A stretch of 64,000 bases of DNA from Candidatus Iainarchaeum sp. (GCA_026413945.1 JAOAJX010000002.1:21437-85436); one strand, 5' to 3'. Positions 1 through 10,086 are shown, counted from the first letter of the stretch. Notes: generated from the sequence alone by a model not told the origin. Made by a program: numbers and translations.

Positions 1-94
1 CGTAACTGAAAATTCTACAAAATAATATTTTAAAAACAATCTTTGGAAGATTCTAATATAACTAGGCAGCTACCCTTGTTGCAAGTGGGAGATT

Positions 95-793
95 TTGATG
101 CTAAAGTCCATCGCTTTTATCCCAGATGGTAATCGCCGTTTTGCCAAAGAAAGCGGCATGTCATTGGCAAAAGCCTATAGTTTGGGCGTTAAAAAAGCTT
201 GGCAAACTTTGGAGTGGCTTGAAGAATATCCATCCATAAGAGTTGGAAGTTTTTATGCTCTTTCTCTGAAAAATTTGGAGAGAAGCAAGAGGGAATTAAA
301 TCTATTATTTAAAATATTTGACAAGGAATTCTTGTCCATAAAGAAAAAAAATTATCTTAGAGATAAAGGGATTAGAGTAAAGTTTATAGGTAGGTTGGAT
401 CTTTTGGGTAAACACATTAGGAAACATATATTAGATATTGAAAGTAAAACTGCAGACTTAAACAATAAGCTAATAAACATAGCTATAGGCTATGATGGGC
501 GGCGCGAAATTGTTGATGCTGCTGTAAATATTGCTAGAGAAGTTAGCGAAGGTAAGCTTAGGGCAAACGAAGTAGATGAAAAAGTATTCTCAAACTATCT
601 TTATGGAAATTTTCAAGAACCCGACTTAATAATAAGGACGAGTGGTGAACAAAGATTGAGCGGCTTTTTGACATATCTTTCTGCATACTCTGAGCTATAC
701 TTTTGTCAAAAATATTGGCCTGAGTTTGAAAAGAGAGACCTTGATGAAGCAATAGCTGAGTATTCTAGGAGAGAAAGGCGGTTTGGGAAATAA
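95..793 (+). CDS. uppS: cis-prenyltransferase (undecaprenyl/polyprenyl diphosphate synthase)
   Basis: IPDGNRR, YDGRxEI, DLIIRTSGEQRLSGFL and ERRFG motifs. Confidence 0.95.
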   Translation: MMLKSIAFIPDGNRRFAKESGMSLAKAYSLGVKKAWQTLEWLEEYPSIRVGSFYALSLKNLERSKRELNLLFKIFDKEFLSIKKKNYLRDKGIRVKFIGRLDLLGKHIRKHILDIESKTADLNNKLINIAIGYDGRREIVDAAVNIAREVSEGKLRANEVDEKVFSNYLYGNFQEPDLIIRTSGEQRLSGFLTYLSAYSELYFCQKYWPEFEKRDLDEAIAEYSRRERRFGK

Positions 794-852
794 ATTGTGT
801 AGCAATTTTTAAAATTTGTGCAATACTAATAATATTGACTACAATTTCTTTT

Positions 853-925
853 AGCCCCGTGGTGTAGCGGCCAAGCATCCTGGCCTTTGGAGCCAGGGAC
901 GGGAGTTCAAATCTCTCCGGGGCTA
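853..925 (+). tRNA. tRNA-Gln(TTG)
   Basis: Acceptor stem AGCCCCG/CGGGGCT, anticodon arm CTGGC-CT TTG GA-GCCAG, T-loop GTTCAAATC; no intron, no encoded CCA. Confidence 0.95.
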
Positions 926-1374
926 ATTTTTTTATTTAGGATTTTTTTTGCAAAGTCCTCGGCTTTAGCCAAATCATCTTTGTTTGGCCGCCCTTTATTG
1001 AGTCCACCGAAGAGCTTAAATATTGCAAAAGTATCATAACCCGGACATGCAAATTCTCCAATTACTTTGTTTCCCTTTGATTCTAGCGTTTTTTTCAGTG
1101 TCTTGTGATATTTAGCATTTCCACTGCCAGATGTTGAAAAAATAAAAAAGCTAGATTTTAGCTTTGGAATCTTGCATGCAAGCTCCAAAATCTCCTTATC
1201 ATGCTTAAAAGCATAAATGCCGGAGCCAAGACCTATGAAATCATATTCTTCAAGTTTCTTTGTTTTAACATCTTTTGGCTCGAAAATATCTGCTTTTAGA
1301 ATTTTTGCCATCGCTTTAGCTATTTTTTTCGTGTTGCCATGGTGCTTTGAAACGCATATTATGGCTGTTTTCAT
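907..1374 (-). CDS. flavodoxin family protein
   Basis: SKHHGNTKKIA phosphate loop, GLGSGIY, FSTSG. Confidence 0.9.
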   Translation of the reverse strand: MKTAIICVSKHHGNTKKIAKAMAKILKADIFEPKDVKTKKLEEYDFIGLGSGIYAFKHDKEILELACKIPKLKSSFFIFSTSGSGNAKYHKTLKKTLESKGNKVIGEFACPGYDTFAIFKLFGGLNKGRPNKDDLAKAEDFAKKILNKKISPGEI

Positions 1375-1378
1375 AACA

Positions 1379-2515
1379 CTACCTAAATCTTAATAGCATT
1401 GGCAGAAAGCCCCAAAATCTAGGTTTAGAGAGCATCTTTGGAATAAATCTACTTGGCCAATCCATATCTCCATGCTCTGACAAAAATTCACCGAGGTTTG
1501 CTTTCTGCGCTCTTATAAATAGTTTGTCTAACGTATTTTCGCTTAATTTGTTAAGATATGAGCGCATCTTCCAGTGTAAAATAAGCTCTTTTGTGATTGG
1601 TTTAAGCAAAAATTTGTAGTTTTCCAAGCCAGTATTATTTCTGAAGTTACTGTCAATTGCCCGAGCGCAAATTTTTGCTGCATTAAGGCCCATTATAATG
1701 CCTCCGCCGGTTGTTGCCTTTGCATGGAAGGCTGCATCACCCACGAGTAAAATATTATTATTTATCGGCTCATTAATTGGTGGCCCGCAGGGTATCTTAA
1801 AAGATGATTCTTCTATTTTTTCAAAATCAAGCAAATATTTCTTTTTAAATTCATCAAAAGCTTCTTTAGGGTTAATGCCAAATGATGTTGCAATGCCAAT
1901 CCTTGCAATTGAATTATTTTCAGGTATAATCCAAGCAAAAAAACCTTTAGCAAAAGAGCCCAAGTAAAGCTTCACTTTTTTGCTCTCAAAAGAACCATTT
2001 GCACGAATTTGGTATGAATTAAGATAGTGGCTTTTGTCTGGTTTTACACCAATGATTTCCCTAGTGCGAGAATTAACTCCGTCTGCGCCAACAACAACCT
2101 TTGCCTTTCTAAGTTCGCCTCTGTTCTTCTTTTGAATGAAAATATTCTCTTTGCGAACATCAATAAGCTTCGACTCAAATTCAACTTTAACACCATTTTT
2201 GATTGCATCCTTAAGAAGCATTAAATCAAATTCTTTGCGTGAAATAACCAAAGCCACGGGCACATCTTTTTCAACTAAGATTTTGTGCCCAGAAGGAGAA
2301 AAGATTTCTGCACCATTTATCTCGTTTACTGTGCAATTATTTGCATTAATACCAAGCTCTCTAAGGCCAGTCACGGAAAGTAATCCGGCGCAATGTTCTG
2401 GTGTACCAACATTTGGGTGTTCTTCGATGAGAGTAACATCCCAACCATTTTTTGATAGTTCAGAAGCTGTCATAATGCCGGCAGGACCAGCACCGGCTAC
2501 AAACACAGCACACAT
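1379..2515 (-). CDS. geranylgeranyl reductase family FAD-dependent oxidoreductase (DGGGPL reductase-like)
   Basis: GAGPAG Rossmann motif, PEHCAG, GADG, FAWIIP, LVGDAA..TGGGI. Confidence 0.9.
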   Translation of the reverse strand: MCAVFVAGAGPAGIMTASELSKNGWDVTLIEEHPNVGTPEHCAGLLSVTGLRELGINANNCTVNEINGAEIFSPSGHKILVEKDVPVALVISRKEFDLMLLKDAIKNGVKVEFESKLIDVRKENIFIQKKNRGELRKAKVVVGADGVNSRTREIIGVKPDKSHYLNSYQIRANGSFESKKVKLYLGSFAKGFFAWIIPENNSIARIGIATSFGINPKEAFDEFKKKYLLDFEKIEESSFKIPCGPPINEPINNNILLVGDAAFHAKATTGGGIIMGLNAAKICARAIDSNFRNNTGLENYKFLLKPITKELILHWKMRSYLNKLSENTLDKLFIRAQKANLGEFLSEHGDMDWPSRFIPKMLSKPRFWGFLPMLLRFR

Positions 2516-2572
2516 ATATTCATTAGAAAAGAAAAAAATTAAATGTGTGCTGCCGAGAATATTTCTATCAGT

Positions 2573-5500
2573 TTAGCCCCTATATGCCCATCTTGGGCCT
2601 CTTCTTTGAGTTTCTGCTTTTCCACCACCAAAGCTGCTGTTCTTTCGCTTTAGAATATATAAGATTATAAGCCCAACTATAAGCAACAAAAAGAGTATTA
2701 CTACTGCATAAAGAATTACTTCTAAGATGCCCCCTCCAGGCAATTGCTGCTCAAGCACTAATGCAAATGCTGTTGGCTCAAATGCATTTTTAGCTTTTAG
2801 CGCTTGGTATTCAGCTGCGTTTATTGGTGTTTTAAGGTAGTATTCCACTATAATATCTTCAGAATCCTTTTTTTGTGGCTTAAACAGCAACACAGGATCA
2901 TCTTTTATGACTTCAAAGGCTACGTCAGATTTTATTTGGGAAGCATTTTTTGCAAGATCTTTTGGAATGTTTTCCCATAAAAGGATTTTATCATCCGATG
3001 ACTTGAATTGCAAAAATACTTTTATATAATATTTTGTAACATTTTTATCTTTTATCATTAAAACCTTTATTATTTTCTTTGCTGATAACTCAACAGTTTT
3101 CTTTGCCGCTTCCTCGGCAGCATCATTAGCAAAACCATTTGCCAAAAGAAGTTCTTTTGCTATATCTTTGCTTATCTCAAGCACTTTTGTTTCAGCCTCT
3201 GAGAAACCGTAGTTTTCAAACAGAGCATTCAGTTTTGCGGATGCTTCATTTGCCTTTTCAATGGCGCTGTCATAATCGCCTTTGCTGTAATTTGTGTTTG
3301 CATCGAATATTGCTTGAAGCACCGCATTGTAAAGATCAGTTGCTTCTTTGCTTATTTCAAGATTGTAGCTCCTTATGCTTTGCAACATATTTGCAGCTTC
3401 CGTTCTTTTTGTCATTATATCTGATATTTTTTTCTCGGCTTCAGTTTTCTTTGGCGGCTGCGTTGAAGTAATCCCAATACCGACGTTTACTGTTGCTAAA
3501 GCTTCATTGCCTGCTTTGTCTAAAGCAACTGCCTTGAGGGTGTAACTTCCTTTTGGTAAATTTGCAGTATTCCAACTATGTGACCAATAAAGTCCTTCCT
3601 CAGAGGCTGTTGTAAGCGTTGTTATTTTGTTATTGTCAATGTAAAATGTGACACTTTCCATTTTTGTTTGTGACTCATTAATCTTAACCTTAAGCAAATA
3701 AGTGCCATCAATAGAAGCCCCTTGCTCTGGCGCAATCCAGACTATTTCAGGCTTTTTTGTATCTATTTCGAAAGTTTTTATTGTTTCTTCAAGATTATCC
3801 GCAATAACTCTTATTTTTGCAACACCATCATCTCCACTTTCAACAGTAAATGTTGCAGTGAAGTCATCATCAGTAATGGGGCCTTTAATCTTAATCCAGT
3901 CGCTATCTGATGCTTTTTTTATGTAAACATATGCATCTATAAGCTCATCAGTAGATCTAATCCTAACGCTTTTGCTTCCTGCATTTACATATTGTGATAT
4001 GTCAACTACGACTTTTGCTGCAGCTGTAGCAATATTAACGCTAGCAATGTCGCTCTCATTGCCAGCATTATCAATTGCAAGTACTTTGTAGTAGTATTTT
4101 GTTCCACTGCTTGTTTTTGTATCAGTCCATGTTGTATCAACAAGAATTGCTCGCCTGTTATTTTCATCTATATTAAAATCGCTTGCCGTACCTCTGTAAA
4201 CGCGGTATTCCTTTATGCCGCTTCTTGCATCTGTCGAGGCATTCCAAGTAAGTTTTACATTGTTGTTATCAATTACTGCTCCAAGGTTGCTCGGCTTACT
4301 GGGCTTTGTAAAGTCGATCTTCACAGTGAATGTAGCAACATTGCTGCAAATGCCATTGGCATCACATGCGCGAACTTTCAAATAATATACGCCTTCATTT
4401 AAATTTTTTAAATCTAAGCGCCTATTTGAACAATAGCTGTTTGAATCTATTACTTTGTCAGGTTCTTTCGCAGCTGAAGTATCCCAAGTGCATGAATAAC
4501 CTATTGCTCCAGGTATCGCATTCCAAGTTATTATAACATTTCTGTCTTTGCTCCAAACATTGTTTTTGTGTGTATTTGATGAAAATTCAGGCAAAGATGG
4601 GAGTATACGTATATTTGGTTTTATTTTGTTGCAATCTGAGAGTTCGCTTTCATTGCCGCTAAAATCAACAGCGGAAATCCTAAAATAATAGTTTAGATCG
4701 CTATTGAGATCTTGTAAAACATAATTTGTTCTGGTTGTAAAACCAGCAAATGTGCCAGTCGCCTTTGTGAAGTTGCAATCATTTGTTCTATAGTATATCT
4801 TGTAGCCATTCAGATCATAATCTGTATTAGCACTCCATGTAAGTGTTATTGAGCCAGGCCCAGCATATGTAATTAAGCGCAATGGCTTAGCTGGTGGGGT
4901 GTTGTCTGAGTAGTGAAAGATTACATTGCAGTCCGCACTATTTCTCGTTTCTGATTGGTTCAAAGCACGATCATAAGCAAAAGCCCTGGTGTTATAACTT
5001 CCAGTTCGATCTATGGCTAACTCATTGTAATCACAAACATATGTTCTGCCGCCATCCGCTGTGGAGCAGGCATTTGAAAAGTTGAAGCTACTGTTCCTTT
5101 GTATACCTATTATTGCTATTGTTGCGGTTGCTACACCACTTGCAGTATCGCTTAAGGTGAACTTTAAATTGTTGCTTGTTATGTTTGTATTACTATTACA
5201 GTTAACATCTGGTGAGGTAAATTTGATTGTTGGTGGAGTATTATCAACATAAAAAACCTTGGAAGATATCTTATTGAAGTCATTTATTGTATTAACTTGT
5301 TTTTCATAAAAATTCATGTCCAAGAAATAATTGCCATCTGAAATTATAGGTAATGTTATATTAACAAAACATCTCACAAAGCTCGTAAAATTTGGGCTTT
5401 GGCAAAAACCTAAGTTTTGATCTGAAAGATTGTGTGAGCTTATAAAATTTTGGAATTGTCCTTGAACATTGCTATAATAGAAATCAACCAATAACTCTTT

Positions 5501-5716
5501 ATCGGTGCTGCCATTTATATCTGAGTCCATTACGTTGAAATCAACCCTTTGTAATCCACTTTTAAAGTACACTCCTTCCATGGGCGCAATTAGCTGTATT
5601 GCTGGCTCTGCACCAATTGCTGAAGTCGTAAAAATAGCACAAATAATGAGTAAAACAAATACCTTTTTTAAACAAAATTTTGAATTTCCTTTAACCAAAA
5701 TTATCACCCTCACCAA
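2573..5716 (-). CDS. large membrane-anchored surface protein with Fn3/Ig-like domains
   Basis: Signal peptide, Fn3 signatures (LTWSA..GYKIY..YYFRISAVDFSGNES; YYYKVLAIDNAGNES), helical segment, C-terminal TM; true start probably TTG near 5698 after a GGGTGAT SD. Confidence 0.85.
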   Translation of the reverse strand: MVRVIILVKGNSKFCLKKVFVLLIICAIFTTSAIGAEPAIQLIAPMEGVYFKSGLQRVDFNVMDSDINGSTDKELLVDFYYSNVQGQFQNFISSHNLSDQNLGFCQSPNFTSFVRCFVNITLPIISDGNYFLDMNFYEKQVNTINDFNKISSKVFYVDNTPPTIKFTSPDVNCNSNTNITSNNLKFTLSDTASGVATATIAIIGIQRNSSFNFSNACSTADGGRTYVCDYNELAIDRTGSYNTRAFAYDRALNQSETRNSADCNVIFHYSDNTPPAKPLRLITYAGPGSITLTWSANTDYDLNGYKIYYRTNDCNFTKATGTFAGFTTRTNYVLQDLNSDLNYYFRISAVDFSGNESELSDCNKIKPNIRILPSLPEFSSNTHKNNVWSKDRNVIITWNAIPGAIGYSCTWDTSAAKEPDKVIDSNSYCSNRRLDLKNLNEGVYYLKVRACDANGICSNVATFTVKIDFTKPSKPSNLGAVIDNNNVKLTWNASTDARSGIKEYRVYRGTASDFNIDENNRRAILVDTTWTDTKTSSGTKYYYKVLAIDNAGNESDIASVNIATAAAKVVVDISQYVNAGSKSVRIRSTDELIDAYVYIKKASDSDWIKIKGPITDDDFTATFTVESGDDGVAKIRVIADNLEETIKTFEIDTKKPEIVWIAPEQGASIDGTYLLKVKINESQTKMESVTFYIDNNKITTLTTASEEGLYWSHSWNTANLPKGSYTLKAVALDKAGNEALATVNVGIGITSTQPPKKTEAEKKISDIMTKRTEAANMLQSIRSYNLEISKEATDLYNAVLQAIFDANTNYSKGDYDSAIEKANEASAKLNALFENYGFSEAETKVLEISKDIAKELLLANGFANDAAEEAAKKTVELSAKKIIKVLMIKDKNVTKYYIKVFLQFKSSDDKILLWENIPKDLAKNASQIKSDVAFEVIKDDPVLLFKPQKKDSEDIIVEYYLKTPINAAEYQALKAKNAFEPTAFALVLEQQLPGGGILEVILYAVVILFLLLIVGLIILYILKRKNSSFGGGKAETQRRGPRWAYRG

Positions 5717-5803
5717 ATAAATATTTAGATAAAATCTTTCTTATACTAAAATCTCCTCTAAAAATGTTTTTAATACTTTTTAAAGTGTTTTATTATTGAT
5801 AGT

Positions 5804-6487
5804 ATGCTTGGGGTGTTGGGGGGCACTGTTTTCCTAAAGAAAAACTTACTTGGTTTCTACTCAGAGAAAAAAATAAAGACAAGTTATGGAACAACTATTG
5901 TAAGAATTGGTGATGGTTTTGCATTTGTGCAGCGCCATGGAAAAGAAAATCTGCCGCCACACAAAACAAACCATTACGCTAATATTCTTGCTTTTAAAAA
6001 ATTAGGTATTAAGGAAATATTGGCCATCAACTCAGTGGGTAGCCTTAAACGCAGGATAAAGCCGGGTTCACTTGTTGTGCCTCATGATTATATTCAATTT
6101 TTTCCAAAGACTTATTTCAATGACCACATGTATTGCATAACTCCAGCGCTTTGTGAAGAAATGAGGGCTAAAATTTTAAGAGCATGTGATTTTCTTGGCT
6201 ATCCTGTAATTTGCAAGGCAATCTATTTCCAAACAATAGGGCCGAGGCTTGAAACCGTTTCTGAAGTAAAATTCATAAGGCGCTTTGCCGATATTGTTGG
6301 GATGACGCTTGCAGATGAAGCAACGCTTGCTCAAGAACAAGGTTTGTGTTATGCTAGCATTTGCACAGTAGATAATTATGCTCATGGAATTTCAAAGTCA
6401 TTGACATATGAAGAAATCGTAAGCAATGCGTCAAAGAATGTAGAAACTATAGCCAATATCATTTATGCGTTGGTGAGAACAAAATGA
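5804..6487 (+). CDS. MTAP-family purine nucleoside phosphorylase (likely methylthioinosine/6-oxopurine type)
   Basis: RHG, PPH, NSVGSL, GPRLET, VGMT and VDNYA motifs. Confidence 0.9.
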   Translation: MLGVLGGTVFLKKNLLGFYSEKKIKTSYGTTIVRIGDGFAFVQRHGKENLPPHKTNHYANILAFKKLGIKEILAINSVGSLKRRIKPGSLVVPHDYIQFFPKTYFNDHMYCITPALCEEMRAKILRACDFLGYPVICKAIYFQTIGPRLETVSEVKFIRRFADIVGMTLADEATLAQEQGLCYASICTVDNYAHGISKSLTYEEIVSNASKNVETIANIIYALVRTK

Positions 6488-7716
6488 CTATTTTTATCAA
6501 AGGGGCTTTGCTGCCAAATGGAAAGCGCTCAAACATACTAATTGAAGACAATAAGATCTCAGCAATGGGCAAGGGCGTGATTGACAAAAGTGATGTTGTA
6601 ATTGATGGTAAAGAGCTTGCTGCAATACCTGGATTCTTCAATATGCATACACACGCTGCAATGTCATTGCTAAAAGGTTTTGCCGATGATTTTGAGTTAC
6701 ACACTTGGCTAACAGAGTACATATTTCCAATTGAAGCGAAAATGAAGCCAAAGCATGTTTATTACGGCACAATGCTCGCTTGCGCAGAGATGATACGCTC
6801 TGGCACGACTTGTTTTAATGATATGTATTTCTTCGAAGAAGAAGGAGCCAAAGCCGCAAGCAAAGCTGGTTTGAGAGCAATTATAAGCAAAGTTATTACA
6901 AATAAATTAAATGAAAGTGATGTGAAAAAGTCCATTAATGTGCTTGGCCGATATAAAAACATAATACCTGCGCTTGGACCTCATGCCATTTATACGACAA
7001 CGGAAGATGTTTTACTTGGAGCAAAATCACTTTCAGAAGAGCTTTCTGTGCCAATACATTTTCACTTAAGCGAAACTCAAAAAGAAGTATCTGATTGCTT
7101 AAAAGAAAAGAACATGAGGCCTGTGGAATACCTTGCGCATATTGGCTTCTTGAACAAAAATCTTTTCAACGCACACTGCGTTTGGTTAAATGAAAAGGAA
7201 ATAAAGTTGTTGGCTAAAAATTGTGCTAAAGCAATTAGTTGTCCAACCTCAAACTTAAAGCTTGCCAGCGGCATAGCACCACTAAAGATGCTTCTGGACA
7301 ACAAGGTTTTGCTGATGCTTGGCACAGATGGGTCAGCAAGCAACAATTCTTTAAACATGTTTGAAGCAATGAAGTTCGCATCGTTATTGCAAAAGCACAA
7401 GCAGAACGATGCATCTGTGCTTAATGCCCAATGTACATTTAAGCTATCAAATATCAATGCAGCAGAGGCGCTAAACATTGATTGTGGTAAATTATTTGTT
7501 GGATGCCTTGCAGATATCTCTCTTATTGATCTTAACCACATATCAATGGTGCCGTGCCACAATCTCCTATCAAATATAGTTTATTCTGCTGAACCAAATG
7601 CTGTTCATACAGTGATATGCGACGGTGAAATACTAATGGATGCAAGAGTAATTAGTTGGGAAGATAAGATTAAGAAAAAGGCATCTAAGGAGGCATTAAA
7701 GTTAGCGAAACATTAA
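6484..7716 (+). CDS. mtaD: amidohydrolase, MTA/SAH deaminase
   Basis: HTH metal motif, PHAIYT, HLSET, GTDGSASNN; overlaps the phosphorylase stop codon. Confidence 0.85.
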   Translation: MTIFIKGALLPNGKRSNILIEDNKISAMGKGVIDKSDVVIDGKELAAIPGFFNMHTHAAMSLLKGFADDFELHTWLTEYIFPIEAKMKPKHVYYGTMLACAEMIRSGTTCFNDMYFFEEEGAKAASKAGLRAIISKVITNKLNESDVKKSINVLGRYKNIIPALGPHAIYTTTEDVLLGAKSLSEELSVPIHFHLSETQKEVSDCLKEKNMRPVEYLAHIGFLNKNLFNAHCVWLNEKEIKLLAKNCAKAISCPTSNLKLASGIAPLKMLLDNKVLLMLGTDGSASNNSLNMFEAMKFASLLQKHKQNDASVLNAQCTFKLSNINAAEALNIDCGKLFVGCLADISLIDLNHISMVPCHNLLSNIVYSAEPNAVHTVICDGEILMDARVISWEDKIKKKASKEALKLAKH

Positions 7717-7753
7717 TGCTAAATCGGTAAGTATAATTGCAAGAGGTGATATT

Positions 7754-7795
7754 ATGGCTGGTTGCTGCGGAGCAAAAACCAAAAAAGGAAAGTAA
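7754..7795 (+). CDS. putative 13-aa microprotein MAGCCGAKTKKGK
   Basis: GAGGTGAT SD 3 nt before ATG, TAA stop, T-rich tract downstream. Confidence 0.5.
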   Translation: MAGCCGAKTKKGK

Positions 7796-7832
7796 ATGTG
7801 CTTTTCCATAAATTTTCTTTTTTTCTTTATTT

Positions 7833-8468
7833 TTACTTCTTTAAAAGCTCTTTTCTTATCACTACTATTTCTGGAAGGCCGCGGTAATGTCCAGCATAAT
7901 CTAAACCATAACCGCCTACAAACACGCGTGGTATTTGAAATCCAACGAAGTCAACTTGCACATCTTTTGCAATTCCTTTATCAAGTAGCACGCATGTCTT
8001 AAACCTTTTTGCATTTTTGCCAATCATTTCTTGAAGAATTTTGAGTGTTTTACCAGTATCAACAATATCCTCTATAAGTAATACGTTTTCACCCTGCAGT
8101 TCATCTATCTTATAGAGATCAACTTTGCCACTAGATTTTGAGCTGTTTCCGTAGCTGGAACATTTTATAAAATCAAGCTTTGTCCTAATATCACTTTGCT
8201 CATCGAGTGCTCTAATTAAATCTGCGGCAAAAAACATGCCTCCTTTAAGAATTACATAGCAGTCAAGTTCTTTAATTCTCTTAAATGTTGCACTTATTTC
8301 CAATGCAAGAGCCGTTATTCTTGCTTCAAGGCAACCTTTGGTTATGAGTATGCGATCGATTTCTTGTTCATATTTTTTCCTAACAACAGGCTCTGGCTCA
8401 TTTTTTAGCTTTATGCCCTCTTCAGGCACAATTACTTTCCTTGAAAAGTTAGTTACTATTGTATGCAT
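7833..8468 (-). CDS. hpt: hypoxanthine phosphoribosyltransferase (bacterial-type)
   Basis: ILKGG, SSYG, VLLIEDIVDTGKT PRPP motif, GYGLDY. Confidence 0.9.
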   Translation of the reverse strand: MHTIVTNFSRKVIVPEEGIKLKNEPEPVVRKKYEQEIDRILITKGCLEARITALALEISATFKRIKELDCYVILKGGMFFAADLIRALDEQSDIRTKLDFIKCSSYGNSSKSSGKVDLYKIDELQGENVLLIEDIVDTGKTLKILQEMIGKNAKRFKTCVLLDKGIAKDVQVDFVGFQIPRVFVGGYGLDYAGHYRGLPEIVVIRKELLKK

Positions 8469-9216
8469 CGAACCACCTTCTAAAAAATGTTGCTTTTTTT
8501 ATTGCAATCTCATACTTTTCAGGCGTATCTGTTGGGAACCATTGGCCCACGCATTTGCAACCATAAAGACTTTGCTCGAATGAAAGCACAGGAAAAACAT
8601 CCCTTTCTAAGCTATAGCGTCTTTTTTTAGGTATCATTCTTAAAATCTTGTTGGATAATGCATATGCGCCCGCATTTACTATTCTGCTTTCCGTTTCCCA
8701 TGATTTTGGTTTTTCTATGAACCTAAGAACTTTATTACCTTCAAGCTCGACAACGCCAAAGTTTTCAATGTTTTTAAGTTTTTTTAGTGCAATAACGCCA
8801 AGTGCTTTTTTCTTTTCAAGCAAAAGTGCCATTTTGCTATAATTTACATCTTTTACTTCATCACCATTGCAAACAAAGAAGCTCTTGCCTTTTAAGTATT
8901 TTTCCGCATTTTTTAGAGCACCCGCAGTACCCAGGAGTTTTTCTTCTTTGCAATAGGTTATTCTTGCACCATCAAACTTTTTGCCAAAATAGTCATTTAT
9001 TACTTCATTTTTGTGGCTAACGCCGAGGATGATTTGCTTTACGCCATGCTCTATAAGGTTCCTTATATTGTATTCGAGTATAGGCCTGCCTTTCACAAGA
9101 AGCATTGGCTTTGGTATTTCGAGAGTGAATGGTCTTAGGCGCAATCCCATGCCGCCAGCAAGCACAAATGCTTTTCTTGTTTTTGTTTTTTCATTTATTG
9201 CATTTTCTTTTTTCAT
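8449..9216 (-). CDS. sugar-1-phosphate nucleotidyltransferase
   Basis: LAGGMGLRLRPFT..PKPM, LGTAGAL, NGD, FIEKP. Confidence 0.9.
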   Translation of the reverse strand: MKKENAINEKTKTRKAFVLAGGMGLRLRPFTLEIPKPMLLVKGRPILEYNIRNLIEHGVKQIILGVSHKNEVINDYFGKKFDGARITYCKEEKLLGTAGALKNAEKYLKGKSFFVCNGDEVKDVNYSKMALLLEKKKALGVIALKKLKNIENFGVVELEGNKVLRFIEKPKSWETESRIVNAGAYALSNKILRMIPKKRRYSLERDVFPVLSFEQSLYGCKCVGQWFPTDTPEKYEIAIKKATFFRRWFDAYNSN

Positions 9217-9258
9217 ATGCGTTTATGTATGCGATATGTTTATAATTTGGAGTTATGC

Positions 9259-10086
9259 TCACAAAAGAATATTTGCTTTCTCAATATCTAATCTTTTGTT
9301 TATATTCAAGTACAGGCCTTGAAATGGATACCCATAAACTATGCCCTGCCTTGACAATCTAGGAAGAATATCCCTTTCAATGCTTTTATCTGTTGGCTGT
9401 ATGTAAGAGAATATCGTTGGCTCTATTATAAAATAACCAGAGTTTACAAGATAGCTTTCAACCTTTGATTTTGGCTTTTCAACAAAATTCCTTATCTTTG
9501 GGCCTTCCATAACAGCAACACCATATTTTTTTGGTTCATCCACACTTGTTAGCGCAATAGTCATTATGCTTGAATGGTCTTTATGGAAAGCGTACATGCT
9601 TCCCAAATCCACCCTACATATTGTGTCGCCATATGCAAGTAAAAAAGATTCTCTAATATAGTCCTTTGCCATAAGCAAAGGCCTTACCGTGCCGCTCGCC
9701 CTTTCCGCATTTATAAATGTGATGTTATATGGTTTACTCAAAGCACTGAAATAATTGACAATTTCTTCTTTTTTGTAGTCTAAATACACAATGAACCTGT
9801 TTATGCCAAAACCATGTAAATGGTCTAACACATGCTCTAGCAAAGCCTTTTTGCCAATCTGAACCATGAACTTTATTTTACCATCAATGCTTATATCACT
9901 TGGTTTTCCACCAGCTAGCACTAGTGCAGTGCTTAGCTTATCAGAGAGCGCCTTGGTGAGCACGTATTCAACAGCTTGGCTTCTGCTCCTTATCGATAGG
10001 CCATCAACTAAAGAATCTACTTTCGAAAGTATATCTTCGCTTATAGAAATGGTGGTCCTTGTTCTTCTTTTAGGAGTTTTTATCAT
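9259..10086 (-). CDS. ribbon-helix-helix (CopG-like) domain fused to a nucleotidyltransferase-like domain
   Basis: N-terminal RTTISISEDILSKVD..SRSQAVE RHH pattern; NTase fold with degenerate glycine loop (LAGGKPSD) and intact YGD/FVEKP. Confidence 0.8.
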   Translation of the reverse strand: MIKTPKRRTRTTISISEDILSKVDSLVDGLSIRSRSQAVEYVLTKALSDKLSTALVLAGGKPSDISIDGKIKFMVQIGKKALLEHVLDHLHGFGINRFIVYLDYKKEEIVNYFSALSKPYNITFINAERASGTVRPLLMAKDYIRESFLLAYGDTICRVDLGSMYAFHKDHSSIMTIALTSVDEPKKYGVAVMEGPKIRNFVEKPKSKVESYLVNSGYFIIEPTIFSYIQPTDKSIERDILPRLSRQGIVYGYPFQGLYLNINKRLDIEKANILL

